Part shown: one piece after another, positions 44,531-55,059 of the stretch
Position numbering within the stretch: position 1 is the stretch's first letter
Layout of the letters: the number at the start of each line of letters is the position of its first letter
DNA from: Alphaproteobacteria bacterium
GTDB lineage: Bacteria; Pseudomonadota; Alphaproteobacteria; SP197
Length of the DNA stretch: 64,000 nt
Direction of reading: 5' to 3'
NCBI GenBank assembly: GCA_965228895.1
Contig: OZ245842.1
Coordinates: 288,001-352,000, forward strand
Position numbers and translations under genes: made by a program
The notes under the pieces: generated by a model
Seen by the model: only the letters and a program-made list of their open reading frames with translations
Told to the model about the DNA's origin: nothing
The model's database searches: none

Positions 44531-46360
44531 ATGCATCTACGTCAACTTGACCTCAGAAATTTCCGCTCGTTCTCGAAAGAAAATGTCTCTTTCGAGCGGG
44601 GACTGACGGTTCTTGTCGGCGAAAACAACGGCGGCAAGAGCAACATTATCGATGCGATCCGACTTGTCTCAACGCCACTCGGCGGCCGGCGGGAACTCTA
44701 CTGCGAACAGACCGACATTCGTTTCGGCGCAACGCCGCGCACTTTTGAACTCTGCGCCACATTCGAAGGGCTCTCACCGCCGCAGCAGGGACGGCTGCTT
44801 TCGGCAACCACAAACGACACCTTGCAAGAAGCTTGCTTTGGCCTGACCTACGATGCGACGGGCCGGCAATCGCATGTCCGGCCCACGCTATGGGCAGGCC
44901 GCTTCAAGGCGATGCCCGAGTCCGGCGCCCATGAGATGATCCGGCATGTTTATCTGCCACCGTTGCGCGACGCCAAGCGCGCGCTCGCCTCCGGCAATCC
45001 CACGCGCATCCATGCATTGCTCAATCATTTTCTCGGTGAGCGCGACCCCGAGGACGTTGCGAAGAGTCTTGCTCGCACAAGCGAGCATCCGATTTTGACC
45101 GACGTTGATACTGCCGTTGCGACAGGTCTGGATATATTGACTGCCGGTGTCCGGCGGCAGGGCGCGGCGCTCGGGTTCAGCGCGGATGAAAAGCTTATAG
45201 ACATCGCTCGCGACCTGCGGTTCAAGCTCGCCGATCATGGGATTACCCCGGAAGACCTTCAGTATTCCGGACACGGATTTGCGAACCTCCTGTATATCGC
45301 GACCATCGCCGTCGAGCTTGAAAGAACCGACAACGCCGAACTGACATTGTTCCTCGTTGAAGAACCGGAGGCCCATCTTCATCCCCAGCTTCAGGCCGCC
45401 GTCCTGAACTTCCTGGAAGAGCGGGCGGAACAGTCGCTCATAGCCAAGGCCGACAAAGACGCGCCGGCCGGCCATCTACAGGTAATCGTGGCTACGCATT
45501 CGCCCAATCTGTCGGCATGGGTGCCCAGCAAGAGCCTTGTATTTGTCCGATCCGTCGCGCCAGCGGCAAAGGACGGCGAAGCGGCGAACGAGCCTGAACC
45601 GGGCGAGGCGTTAGAAGCCGCTGATCCGCAAGCGGAAGGGAAGCTACCCCCGCGTCCCGAGTCACGGTGTATTCCTCTTGCTAAACTTGACCTGACCGAC
45701 CCCGACCGCAGAAAGATCGATCGCTATCTCGACGTCACCAAATCAGCCCTGCTGTTTAGCGGCCGGGTGCTGCTGGTCGAGGGCATTGCCGAAGCGCTAT
45801 TGTTGCCGGTCATCGCCAAGCATTATGTCCTCAAGGACCGCCCCGCGGAATTACGCATATTCCGTTCGGCTGTTTTTGTGCCCATCGACGGTGTTGATTT
45901 TGCGCCGTACGCCAAAGCCCTGCTGTCCCCGTTTGACGGTGTGCGGATCGCGGACCGTCTTGTCATCGTCACGGACGGCGACAAACACACCAAAGATGAC
46001 GGAGAAACCGCCACCGGCGACAACCGGAAGACCGATCTTGATGAGCTGGCGGCTGAGAAGGGCGCGGCCGATGTTCTCGACGTATTCGTGAATACCTACT
46101 CGCTGGAAACCGAGCTGGTTGCCGCGGGGAATGCAGCGGATATGAAAGAGGTGTATTTGCACCTACATCCGCGGTCCGGGGCGAAGTGGGACGAGGCTAT
46201 CGCCAAGGAAGGCGATGACCGCGCCAAAGCCATACAAGAGCTTTTCAAGAACACGCCAAAGGGAGACTTTGCACAGCTTCTGGCGGAAAAGGTCGCCGCC
46301 AGCGACTCGTTCAACGTTCCCGTCTACATCCGGGATGCCATCGAAGCGCTGGTCAAATGA
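44531..46360 (+). CDS. gajA: OLD-family ABC ATPase-TOPRIM nuclease (Gabija GajA-like)
   Basis: GENNGGKSN Walker A, LVEEPEAHLHPQ, ATHSP, LLVEGIAE and TDGD TOPRIM motifs. Confidence 0.85.
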   Translation: MHLRQLDLRNFRSFSKENVSFERGLTVLVGENNGGKSNIIDAIRLVSTPLGGRRELYCEQTDIRFGATPRTFELCATFEGLSPPQQGRLLSATTNDTLQEACFGLTYDATGRQSHVRPTLWAGRFKAMPESGAHEMIRHVYLPPLRDAKRALASGNPTRIHALLNHFLGERDPEDVAKSLARTSEHPILTDVDTAVATGLDILTAGVRRQGAALGFSADEKLIDIARDLRFKLADHGITPEDLQYSGHGFANLLYIATIAVELERTDNAELTLFLVEEPEAHLHPQLQAAVLNFLEERAEQSLIAKADKDAPAGHLQVIVATHSPNLSAWVPSKSLVFVRSVAPAAKDGEAANEPEPGEALEAADPQAEGKLPPRPESRCIPLAKLDLTDPDRRKIDRYLDVTKSALLFSGRVLLVEGIAEALLLPVIAKHYVLKDRPAELRIFRSAVFVPIDGVDFAPYAKALLSPFDGVRIADRLVIVTDGDKHTKDDGETATGDNRKTDLDELAAEKGAADVLDVFVNTYSLETELVAAGNAADMKEVYLHLHPRSGAKWDEAIAKEGDDRAKAIQELFKNTPKGDFAQLLAEKVAASDSFNVPVYIRDAIEALVK

Positions 46361-48105
46361 CCCAGCAACCCTTCAAGCCCACTGATCAGCAACGCGTGGT
46401 CATAGGTCATGACGGCTCGGCCTTCGTAGCGGCCTGTCCGGGAGCCGGGAAAACACGCGTTATGACCGAACGCGCCCGCCGACTGTTCCAGGGAATACCG
46501 GCGGGACGCGGCGTGGCTTTCCTGTCTTTCACGCAGGCCGCCGTTTTTGAACTCGACACCCGCCTTAGGCAAGAAGGGCTGCTGTCCACGCCGGTCTTTC
46601 CATACTTCATAGGCACCTTTGACAGCTTCGTCTGGCAGTTTCTTATTGCGCCGTTTGGAGTCAAGGATTGCGAGGCGCGCCCCCGCCTGATCGCCGACAC
46701 GGCGCATCTTCTGGTCGAGCCGTTTGATGGCGCTCATGCTTTGCCCCTTTCTTGTTTTTGTCCGCAGACAGGCGCGATTTTCGAGCGCGCAGCCAAGCGC
46801 AAGCGTTTTGACGTATCTCAAAAAACGGAGGCTCAAATTCAGAGATACGTAACCGCTGCCAACCGGCTCCGGGCGGGACTACGACAACGAGGTCATTTGG
46901 GTTTTGACGAAGCGCGCGCGGTTGCGCTCGAACGCCTCAATGACAAGGCGCTTGCTGACCGGATCGTTGCCGCGCTCGCGGGGCGCTTTCGCGAGGTAAT
47001 CGTGGATGAGGCGCAGGACTGTAATCCGGATGATCTGACAATTATTTCGTGGCTGCGCAATTTCGGCCTGCCCGTGAAGGTGGTCTGCGATCCCCATCAA
47101 TCCATCTATGAATTCCGCGGAGGCGTCACCGATCACCTTATTGAGTTTGCGGAAACATTTCCCTCCGACCAGCGTAAGGATTTGACAGGCAATTTCCGGT
47201 CTACACCCAATGTCTGCAAAGCCCTCGCCCAGCTGCGGCCGCCGACTGCTCGCGGCGCCCCTGATGATGCTCTGGGACCGCTAAAAGATGAAACTGCGCC
47301 GGTTCAGATTCTGTCATACGCGGGCAATGGTGTTCCCGCTTCGATCGGCACGACATTTTGCGCCCTGCTGCAGGAGGCGGGTATTGACATTTCATCCGCG
47401 CCCATCGTTGCGGCAACCAAGGCCAGCGGCGCTGTCGCCGCCGGGCAGCCCCGACCGACAGGCGGTAACCACCGGACTATCCGTCTCGCAGAAGCAGTGA
47501 CCGACTTTCATTTCGCCGCCGGCTTCAGCGACATGAAGACGGCCATCGAAAGCGTTCACCGGATTCTCCTGGAATTGGAAGGACGCCTTGGCGACCGTTC
47601 TTACCATCAATATCTCACGGACAATGAAATCGAACTGGCTAGCTGGCGTCCAAAAGTTATCTCCTTTCTCAGAGCTCTTAGGTTTGATGCGGCCAAATAT
47701 ACAGATGCAAGAGCGTGGCATGAGGCCGCCAAGGATTTCTTATCAAGCGAACTAACGATTGAAGACGGTAGGTCTATCTCGCAAAAGCTGACTTGGAATG
47801 CCGGCCTGGACGCGGCGCTTGCAGCTGTACCGGCCAAAACAGCAATGCCCCGGACAATCCATTCGGTTAAGGGCATGGAGTACCCGGCTGTCTGTGTGGT
47901 CACGACAGCATCCACGCTCAAGCGCATTCTGGATTTTTTGGAAACGGGCGAGCCGGTCGACAAAGCCGAGGATGCGCGCAAGCTTTATGTGGCCGCTTCA
48001 AGGGCCGAAAGGCTGCTGGTCATCGCGGCACCCAAGAGCCAGGCCGAACGGCTGAAGGCTCATCTTTCCAGCCAAGGTGCGGCCGTTACGATAAATGAGA
48101 TTTGA
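46357..48105 (+). CDS. gajB: UvrD-like helicase (Gabija GajB-like)
   Basis: ACPGAGKT, VDEAQD, DPHQSIYEFRG, NFRS, TIHSVKGMEY, YVAASRA; ATGA overlap with gajA. Confidence 0.85.
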   Translation: MTQQPFKPTDQQRVVIGHDGSAFVAACPGAGKTRVMTERARRLFQGIPAGRGVAFLSFTQAAVFELDTRLRQEGLLSTPVFPYFIGTFDSFVWQFLIAPFGVKDCEARPRLIADTAHLLVEPFDGAHALPLSCFCPQTGAIFERAAKRKRFDVSQKTEAQIQRYVTAANRLRAGLRQRGHLGFDEARAVALERLNDKALADRIVAALAGRFREVIVDEAQDCNPDDLTIISWLRNFGLPVKVVCDPHQSIYEFRGGVTDHLIEFAETFPSDQRKDLTGNFRSTPNVCKALAQLRPPTARGAPDDALGPLKDETAPVQILSYAGNGVPASIGTTFCALLQEAGIDISSAPIVAATKASGAVAAGQPRPTGGNHRTIRLAEAVTDFHFAAGFSDMKTAIESVHRILLELEGRLGDRSYHQYLTDNEIELASWRPKVISFLRALRFDAAKYTDARAWHEAAKDFLSSELTIEDGRSISQKLTWNAGLDAALAAVPAKTAMPRTIHSVKGMEYPAVCVVTTASTLKRILDFLETGEPVDKAEDARKLYVAASRAERLLVIAAPKSQAERLKAHLSSQGAAVTINEI

Positions 48106-48183
48106 GAGGCCCGCCTTGAAGAGACAGCAAATCAGCGTTCGTTTGCCACGCTTCTTTGAGCGCGTTGTTTCGGATACCGCCAT

Positions 48184-49539
48184 ATGGTTCTGACGATTCA
48201 GCCCATTGGAGAACGCGAATTCGAACTATACGCTCTGTCACTGCCGCAAGGGCCGAATTTTGGGCACCACATGTTTCATTCCGCCTGGAAAACGCCGCAC
48301 AGCGAGGCGGTCGGCGCGGTCCTAATCGATCCCCAACGGCAGACGTTTCGCGCGCTGGTCATGCGGCGCCGTGGGGATCACCGTTTCGCTGTCACCCATC
48401 AGACAGACAGTCCCAGTTCGCCAGAAGCCGCGGCTGCTGTTGTGGCAGAGGCTATGCGGCCGGAAGACCCGCCCGAAGCTCTTCAACCCGGCGAAAAGCG
48501 GAGGCCAAAACTGTTCGCCGCCGGCAAAAAGCGGGTTTCTGAACAGCTCAGGATACTGACCGGCACGGTCTCGCATGTTCCGGCGCTCATGACCATCGGC
48601 GAGGTATACCTGGCCATGCCGCGTCCGGACGATAATTTCGTCCCCGATTTCCAGACGGAGAATTTCGATTCCCGCCTCTGGGAACTTTACCTGCTGGCCT
48701 GCTTCCGTGAACAGGGCGCGATGGTATCGCAGGATTATCCGTCGCCCGATTTTCACATCGAACGAGAGGGGCATTCCTGCTGGATTGAAGCCGTGACTGC
48801 TAATCCGCAGGAGCGGAGCGCACACGACATTGCCGCGCCGGTTCACGCACCCGAGGACCTTGGCGAGCGCTTACTGGGTGCGCCCGCCGCGCGTTTTGCT
48901 AAAACCCTGCGGAGCAAACTTCAGCGGGATTATGAAAAGCAACCCCATGTTCGGGGACAGCCGTTTGCGTTGGCGTTCGCGGATTTTCATGCGCCGAGTT
49001 CAATGGTGTGGAGCCGCGAGGCGCTGCCCTGCTATTTGTATGGCGTGCATCCACGCGTGAACGAGGGCCAGGATGGGCGGTACGCCGCCATGGTGTCCGT
49101 GCAAACGCTTCGAGGGAAACAGCAAATTCCCGCCGGTTTGTTTCGCGATCCGGTAATGGCGCACGTGTCTGCCGTCATCTTCAGCAACGCGGGGACGTTC
49201 TCCAAGTTCAACCGCATGGGCTTCCTGGCAGGATGGCGGCCCCAGGGACTGACGATGGTGCGCGACGGAATCCTGTTCGACCGCGATCCCGGTGCTTTGG
49301 AGCCGAAGCCCTTCAGGTTCGATGTTCTCAGCGATGAATATGCATCACTATGGCCCGGCGGCGAAGCGTGGTGCCAGGAGCTTGATGTGTTTCACAATCC
49401 ACTGGCGACGTATCCCATGAACTTCGATCTTCTGCCCGGCGCGACGCACTGGTTCGAGCAAGACGGCGACATTGAATGTTCGACGATCTGGGAATGGTCG
49501 GTGCTTTCGTCGGTGACTCATTTGAAAGTTGAGAAATAG
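48184..49539 (+). CDS. Hypothetical protein with a restriction-endonuclease-like core
   Basis: FQTENFDSRLWELY..SPDFHIE..WIEAVT, SAVIFSN..KFNRMG. Confidence 0.65.
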   Translation: MVLTIQPIGEREFELYALSLPQGPNFGHHMFHSAWKTPHSEAVGAVLIDPQRQTFRALVMRRRGDHRFAVTHQTDSPSSPEAAAAVVAEAMRPEDPPEALQPGEKRRPKLFAAGKKRVSEQLRILTGTVSHVPALMTIGEVYLAMPRPDDNFVPDFQTENFDSRLWELYLLACFREQGAMVSQDYPSPDFHIEREGHSCWIEAVTANPQERSAHDIAAPVHAPEDLGERLLGAPAARFAKTLRSKLQRDYEKQPHVRGQPFALAFADFHAPSSMVWSREALPCYLYGVHPRVNEGQDGRYAAMVSVQTLRGKQQIPAGLFRDPVMAHVSAVIFSNAGTFSKFNRMGFLAGWRPQGLTMVRDGILFDRDPGALEPKPFRFDVLSDEYASLWPGGEAWCQELDVFHNPLATYPMNFDLLPGATHWFEQDGDIECSTIWEWSVLSSVTHLKVEK

Positions 49540-49692
49540 GCGATGACCCGTGGACTATCAGTACCAGAAACAGATCAAAATAGAGATGTCTGATTTTATT
49601 GCGTAATATTGAGTAATATTTCTAATTTGTTGATAGACCTGATAGAGAAATTCGAAATATTTGAATGTTAAATAATATTTAGAGACAAGAAA

Positions 49693-50034
49693 ATGGCTTC
49701 TGGTGGAGACTTGACGTATTGGGCCAATCTTGCGGCGATAGCCGGTTTTATCGTGACGTTTGTTGGCGCCTGTGTCGGAATTTTTGGGTACTGCAGCTAC
49801 CGGCGAAGCTGGAAAAAGAAGACGGACGCCCTTGTTGGGTACTTAAAGACAAAGAAAGCGCAGGCTGGTCCCGGCAAGAAAGGGCAGCAGACCACTACGC
49901 ATCTGATCCGCTATGTCGGCCTTACCGAGGACGAGATTCTTAAGATCAGTTTTGAGAACAAGCACGTCGAGCGGACGGTCGGCAAGGATGAAGAGGGAAA
50001 GGCGGATACCCTCTTTTTCGAATACAAAGAATAG
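49693..50034 (+). CDS. Small membrane-anchored hypothetical protein
   Basis: One hydrophobic helix (ANLAAIAGFIVTFVGACVGIFGY) followed by a basic domain; preceded by an AT-rich promoter-like region. Confidence 0.6.
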   Translation: MASGGDLTYWANLAAIAGFIVTFVGACVGIFGYCSYRRSWKKKTDALVGYLKTKKAQAGPGKKGQQTTTHLIRYVGLTEDEILKISFENKHVERTVGKDEEGKADTLFFEYKE

Positions 50035-50068
50035 GAAACAAGATGCCCAGCTGAAATCCGAGGATGCG

Positions 50069-51103
50069 ATGGTATTAAGAATAATAGTCGATACGTGCGT
50101 CTGGCTCGACCTGGCCAAAGACTATCGGCAGCAACCGGTCATCGGCGTTCTTGAAGATCTGGTCAAAGCGCGAGAGATCGAATTGCTTGTGCCTGAAACT
50201 GTTCTCGATGAATTCGGGCGTAACAAGGCCCGCGTGATCGAAGAAACGCGCCGCAGTCTTCAATCTCATTTCCGACTGGTACGCGAGGCCGTAAACAGAT
50301 TTGGCGACAATGCTTCCAGGATGGATACGCTCAACGGCCTGAACGAAGTCGATCACAAAATTGCAACCAAGGCGGAAGCGGTCAACGACTCGGTCGACCG
50401 GATTGAAGCACTCCTGAAATCAGTGCCGGCACTGCCGACGAGCGATACTGTCAAACAGCGCGTAACCGAACGGGCTATCGCAAAAAGAGCCCCATATCAT
50501 CGCGACCGCAACAGCGTTGGCGATGCCATCCTCGTTGAAATCTATGCCGAGCAGATATCAGCCGCTTCCGGCGCGCACGCAGAGTTCGCATTTGTGACGC
50601 ACAACACAAAAGACTTCAGTACGGTGAACGGTGATCGACGCAGGCCTCATGACGATCTGGAAAGCCTCTTCGATGCACCCGGATCGACCTATTGGGTTTC
50701 GATCGTTGACCTTATCAAGGCGCGTGATCCTGACCTACTGGCGGATCACGACTCCGAGTTCAACTTCTCTCAACAGTCCCGCACACTCTCCGAAATTCTG
50801 GAGGCGGAGCACCTTCTATTCCGGCAGGTCTGGTACAACCGCCACTGGAATCTTCGGGCCAAGATCGAGGACGGCAAGCACCATGTCGTTCCAGAGAAGG
50901 ATTATTCCCGCAATCCCTACCGTCGGGACCAGACCCTGGACAGCGTATGGGAGCAAGCTCTTGCAGCAGCTAAACGCACCGAAGAAGAGGTCGGCCTTGA
51001 GAATCTCGGGCCATGGGATGAATTCGAGTGGGGAATGATTAACGGCAAGCTGTCCGCTCTGCGCTGGGTACTGGGGGACGATTGGGACATGCTGGATACG
51101 TAA
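50069..51103 (+). CDS. PIN-domain ribonuclease (DUF4935-like) with a C-terminal extension
   Basis: IIVDTCVWLD, VPETVLDEF, KRAPYH..SVGDAIL, FVTHNTKDFS. Confidence 0.8.
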   Translation: MVLRIIVDTCVWLDLAKDYRQQPVIGVLEDLVKAREIELLVPETVLDEFGRNKARVIEETRRSLQSHFRLVREAVNRFGDNASRMDTLNGLNEVDHKIATKAEAVNDSVDRIEALLKSVPALPTSDTVKQRVTERAIAKRAPYHRDRNSVGDAILVEIYAEQISAASGAHAEFAFVTHNTKDFSTVNGDRRRPHDDLESLFDAPGSTYWVSIVDLIKARDPDLLADHDSEFNFSQQSRTLSEILEAEHLLFRQVWYNRHWNLRAKIEDGKHHVVPEKDYSRNPYRRDQTLDSVWEQALAAAKRTEEEVGLENLGPWDEFEWGMINGKLSALRWVLGDDWDMLDT

Positions 51104-51168
51104 CCCATGGCTTCGGGGAATTTCCTTCGCGACGAGGAGGGCAGGAAGGTGCACGATAGCAAAGAGAT

Positions 51169-54100
51169 ATGATGCGCACTGAGGACGAACCCGAACACAG
51201 TACGATTAGAGCCTGGAAGTCTTCACGATCCGGGGCTTGGGCCGGGCGCGGATTTCATTACCAGCACCTGATTTCAACTTTGATTCTATCACGACAGTGG
51301 GCCGGCCTTGCGCCATCCGGTTTTCTCGTGCCCGAGGGACTAGACGACTGCGTTGTCGAGCTTGCAGACCGTGATATCTGGCTTCAGATCAAATCGCGAA
51401 AGGACAGTGCATTCAACAACAGCGAAGTGCAGGCGTTCCTGACCGCTACCCGTGCCAAGGCCGCAGCGGTTGAAGGCGCGAAGGAGAACCATGCTACCGT
51501 TGTTCTTGAGCATCCGCGGACCGGCCGCACTGAGGCGGGCATCGACCAGATGTTCGCGGATGAGAACCTATCGGTATTTGCATGTACGGAGCCGGGAGAG
51601 GAAGCTGTCAAACTGCTTTTGGGGCAGCTCGACATAGCGGAAGTCATCGCTGAAGGTATTGTCAGCGATCTGTACAGACTGGTTGCCGATGCGTCGCAGG
51701 CGAACGCATCTTTACCCTTCGAACAAAGACAGCGGATTTCCACAACAGAGGTAGAACGACGTATCCTTGAACGTTTGGAGGCCGAAGACCCTTCCGCAAT
51801 AGACCGCGCCATGGCGTCCGGCGCTCTGGAACCCGTCGATTTCAAGAGCTCTATCAGCGAGCCAGCCTTCTACCAAGGTGTAAAGGTCAGGCCAGGCCAC
51901 GTCGCTGCCGGGCTTGTGCTGGACCGCCCGGACGATACGGATACGGTTGTCCGTACACTCAGACGGCTACGGCATGTGCTCATATCGGGTCCGTCGGGCG
52001 CCGGAAAATCCGCGCTCATGTGGCTGTGCGCCCGTCTGTTGGCTGGTGAGATCAGGTGGTACCAGATCACCGCACGGGCTGTTCCTGCGGATGCCGATGC
52101 CGTCATTCGCTTTGTACGCGCCCGCCGTCCCACCGAAGATTCCCCGATCGGTTTGGCGTTCGATGATGTTGGTTCTACAAACAGCGACCTTTGGGACGTG
52201 CTCGTCCGTGAACTGAGAGGGATGCCGTCCGTCTATTTTCTTGGCTCGGTGCGCCAGGAAGATGTCACTCTCATCGCCAACCAGTCAGATACCGAGTTCA
52301 TAGCCGTCAGCCTTGATGAAGAGCTGGCCGAAACTGTCTGGCAGAATCTCCACGCCGAGAATCAGACAAACTGGGAACACTGGCGCGAACCCTTCGAGCA
52401 GTCCGAAGGTCTCATGCTCGAATATGTACACCTGCTGAACAAGGGACGACGGCTTGCAGCCGTTATTGACGAACAGGTTCGGCAGCGGCGACAGGAGGAG
52501 CGGCTCGACGAACTTGCGATCATAAGAAGCACCGCCGTGCTATGCGCCCGTGGTGCAGAAGTTCATGCGGGCAAGCTGTTCAAACTACTCAACATTAACC
52601 CCGAGGACGCCAGCCGTGCAATGTCCCGTCTCCTTGACGAGCATCTGGTGAGAGAAAGCCGACCCGGTGTACTGGGCGGCCTGCACATGTTGCGCTCGCA
52701 GGCACTCAGCGAGGCATCACACGATGAGGTTGCCCTCTTAAGTGCGGACTCCCTCTGGCAGGGCCTGCCTGCGACGACAAACGAAACCCTGCCAAGGACA
52801 GTTCAATCGATCCTCGCAGACGCGCGGGACGAAGGCGAGGCAACAGCCTTAGGCAAATTCGCGGAAATGCTTGGAGCCAGCGCCGATGTTGATACATGGG
52901 TGGCCCTCCTGACTGGACTTGGGCTCGCAACCCTGGAACGCCGGGTTGCCTCGTTTATGGAAGTGCTTGAACAGCACGGGGTGCAGCGCGCCCAATGGTC
53001 GCTTGCATCCATGTTCAGCGATCCGGGCATCGACATTCCTGAGCTGTCAGAGTTTGAACAATGGCAAGACCTTCGAGACGCTGTGCTCGCTTTCCGTGCT
53101 TTACCGAAAGACGACCTTCGGCCCGCCTGCCTGGAGCACCTTCCCAAGGAAAGTACCGCCCCGTCCTGCCAGAATTTGCAGCAGGCCAACAAGTTTCTCT
53201 CATGCCTCGCACCGATCGGCGGGGGTGAGCCCGTGCCGCTTACAATCGCGCCAGATTTCGTTGGCGATGCACAGCAGGATATACGGCAAGTCGCAGCCTT
53301 GCTTTCCACGGCTTACCTAATCGGACCGGACCTGGCCCGAGATCTCGTGCAGGCGTTCGGCGGCGAACAGGTCCTGTTTGAGTTGTTCCGGTCTCAAACG
53401 CCGTGGGTATCCACCCCCGTTATTGACCCCAACGGGGCGCATGGACGTACTGTCCGTTCCGACTGGTACTACGTGGCTGAACAGGAACAGTCCGATCCCC
53501 ATGAGTCGGTTTGCAGCATTGGCGAGACCTTGATCGCAATATCACCGGACTCGGATGCTGCGGCATCGGATGCGGTGAATCCGCAGGGCGAGCCTATTAC
53601 AATCGGGGACCTCACGCCCTGGTCCAAGAATATGCCGAGGAAAAACATTCCCAGCAAAACCCGCGTTGCGTGGAACGTGGCCTTCCGGCAAGTCATGCTT
53701 GCCCGATCAGCTTCCGACAGTCTCACCGACTATACCCGGCAAATGGCTGAACTGCTAAGGCGCACCGAAAAGGTCTTTCGGTCGTTCACCGAGAAATGGA
53801 TCAAGGGCAAAAGCATCGGGAATGCCGACGCGCTGGCCGAGGAAGTCAATGAGATTATTCAGGCCGTCAATGCACTCGCCTACGCCACGCCCGAAGAACC
53901 AACATCTGAAATGACAGCGCCTGCGGCTGGTGCAGGGGAGGACGATACACTCGGCGCGCTGCTTACGGGCATACTCGGCAATCTCATGAGAAGAATGAGC
54001 AAGCTTCCCGGAGAAGGAGCCAAGGGCACAGCCACCTTTGCGGGGAGCCTGGCAGCACAGGCGTGCGAACATGAGAAATCGGCCATATGGCGGACAAGTT

Positions 54101-55059
54101 CAGAACCGCCCCTTCGTGAACTCGGCGCTTTGAGAGAACGTCTCGGCGATGTCGCCTGCATATTGCACGAAATGGCGCATGACGATGGGACATCGTCAAT
54201 TCAGGGAATCGTCAAGGCCGCGCGAAAAGGCCACTTAGGTAAGGCAGTCCGTGCGGCTGCTCGGCGTTGCGGTTCGTTGGCCGATCAGCGGTTCGGCCAA
54301 CGGCTGAAGGCTATGGAAACAGCGCTTAGGGATAACGGCTGGAATGCCCGGTGCTGGTCCCGGCCGATTGACGAGGCCGACAGCGTGTACTGGCCCGCGC
54401 GGGAGGTCGCGGTTCTTGTTGAAATCACGGATTTTGAGACGGACGCGGGATACATCGAAGATTCTCTTATGATGGGGCAGGACTATCTTGGAACCGACTG
54501 GCGCTTCAGAGTTTTGCCGGTCCTCAATGGCTATGTTGTGCCGGCTTTGGCCTTGCTTCCTTCATCACATGTACCGTTGCCTGATCAGGACTTCGCGAAG
54601 GACTGGCGGGACCATATTGACCGTCCGTTCTTGTCCCCGGAAATCGTAGACAGATTTGATGAAGCGTTAGCCGCCTGCAACCAGCTATCAGGAATCCTGG
54701 CTTGCCGCAATCCGGACAATCTTCATCCGGATGAAAATGAGGTACTTTCGAAGTCCGCTGAGTCCTTCGAGCGCAATCATGACTTGGTTGCTGAAGCGGC
54801 TGAACGGACCGGATCCGAGTACCTGGCATGGGCATACAACTATCTGAGCGAAACCTGGGATCAGGTTGTTCGTGAGTTTGAGTCTGTAAAAGCCGGCCAT
54901 AACGTTGCCCAGCCGCTTTGTATGAATGCCCATTTGGCACTTGCAGGCGAGACGAACGACCAGCTAGCGGATCTTGCCGCCGCGCGCATCCTTTTGCTGC
55001 AGGCTGAGTGCATGAGCACAGTCGAACACACTGACACTCTGCCGTCAGGAGCATCGTGA
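51169..55059 (+). CDS. Large nuclease-STAND NTPase protein (Cap4/DUF4297-like N-terminal nuclease; Avs-like architecture)
   Basis: GAWAGRGFHYQ..EGLDD..LQIKS nuclease motif; GPSGAGKS Walker A, LAFDDVG Walker B; long, probably helical C-terminus; 1296 aa. Confidence 0.72.
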   Translation: MMRTEDEPEHSTIRAWKSSRSGAWAGRGFHYQHLISTLILSRQWAGLAPSGFLVPEGLDDCVVELADRDIWLQIKSRKDSAFNNSEVQAFLTATRAKAAAVEGAKENHATVVLEHPRTGRTEAGIDQMFADENLSVFACTEPGEEAVKLLLGQLDIAEVIAEGIVSDLYRLVADASQANASLPFEQRQRISTTEVERRILERLEAEDPSAIDRAMASGALEPVDFKSSISEPAFYQGVKVRPGHVAAGLVLDRPDDTDTVVRTLRRLRHVLISGPSGAGKSALMWLCARLLAGEIRWYQITARAVPADADAVIRFVRARRPTEDSPIGLAFDDVGSTNSDLWDVLVRELRGMPSVYFLGSVRQEDVTLIANQSDTEFIAVSLDEELAETVWQNLHAENQTNWEHWREPFEQSEGLMLEYVHLLNKGRRLAAVIDEQVRQRRQEERLDELAIIRSTAVLCARGAEVHAGKLFKLLNINPEDASRAMSRLLDEHLVRESRPGVLGGLHMLRSQALSEASHDEVALLSADSLWQGLPATTNETLPRTVQSILADARDEGEATALGKFAEMLGASADVDTWVALLTGLGLATLERRVASFMEVLEQHGVQRAQWSLASMFSDPGIDIPELSEFEQWQDLRDAVLAFRALPKDDLRPACLEHLPKESTAPSCQNLQQANKFLSCLAPIGGGEPVPLTIAPDFVGDAQQDIRQVAALLSTAYLIGPDLARDLVQAFGGEQVLFELFRSQTPWVSTPVIDPNGAHGRTVRSDWYYVAEQEQSDPHESVCSIGETLIAISPDSDAAASDAVNPQGEPITIGDLTPWSKNMPRKNIPSKTRVAWNVAFRQVMLARSASDSLTDYTRQMAELLRRTEKVFRSFTEKWIKGKSIGNADALAEEVNEIIQAVNALAYATPEEPTSEMTAPAAGAGEDDTLGALLTGILGNLMRRMSKLPGEGAKGTATFAGSLAAQACEHEKSAIWRTSSEPPLRELGALRERLGDVACILHEMAHDDGTSSIQGIVKAARKGHLGKAVRAAARRCGSLADQRFGQRLKAMETALRDNGWNARCWSRPIDEADSVYWPAREVAVLVEITDFETDAGYIEDSLMMGQDYLGTDWRFRVLPVLNGYVVPALALLPSSHVPLPDQDFAKDWRDHIDRPFLSPEIVDRFDEALAACNQLSGILACRNPDNLHPDENEVLSKSAESFERNHDLVAEAAERTGSEYLAWAYNYLSETWDQVVREFESVKAGHNVAQPLCMNAHLALAGETNDQLADLAAARILLLQAECMSTVEHTDTLPSGAS

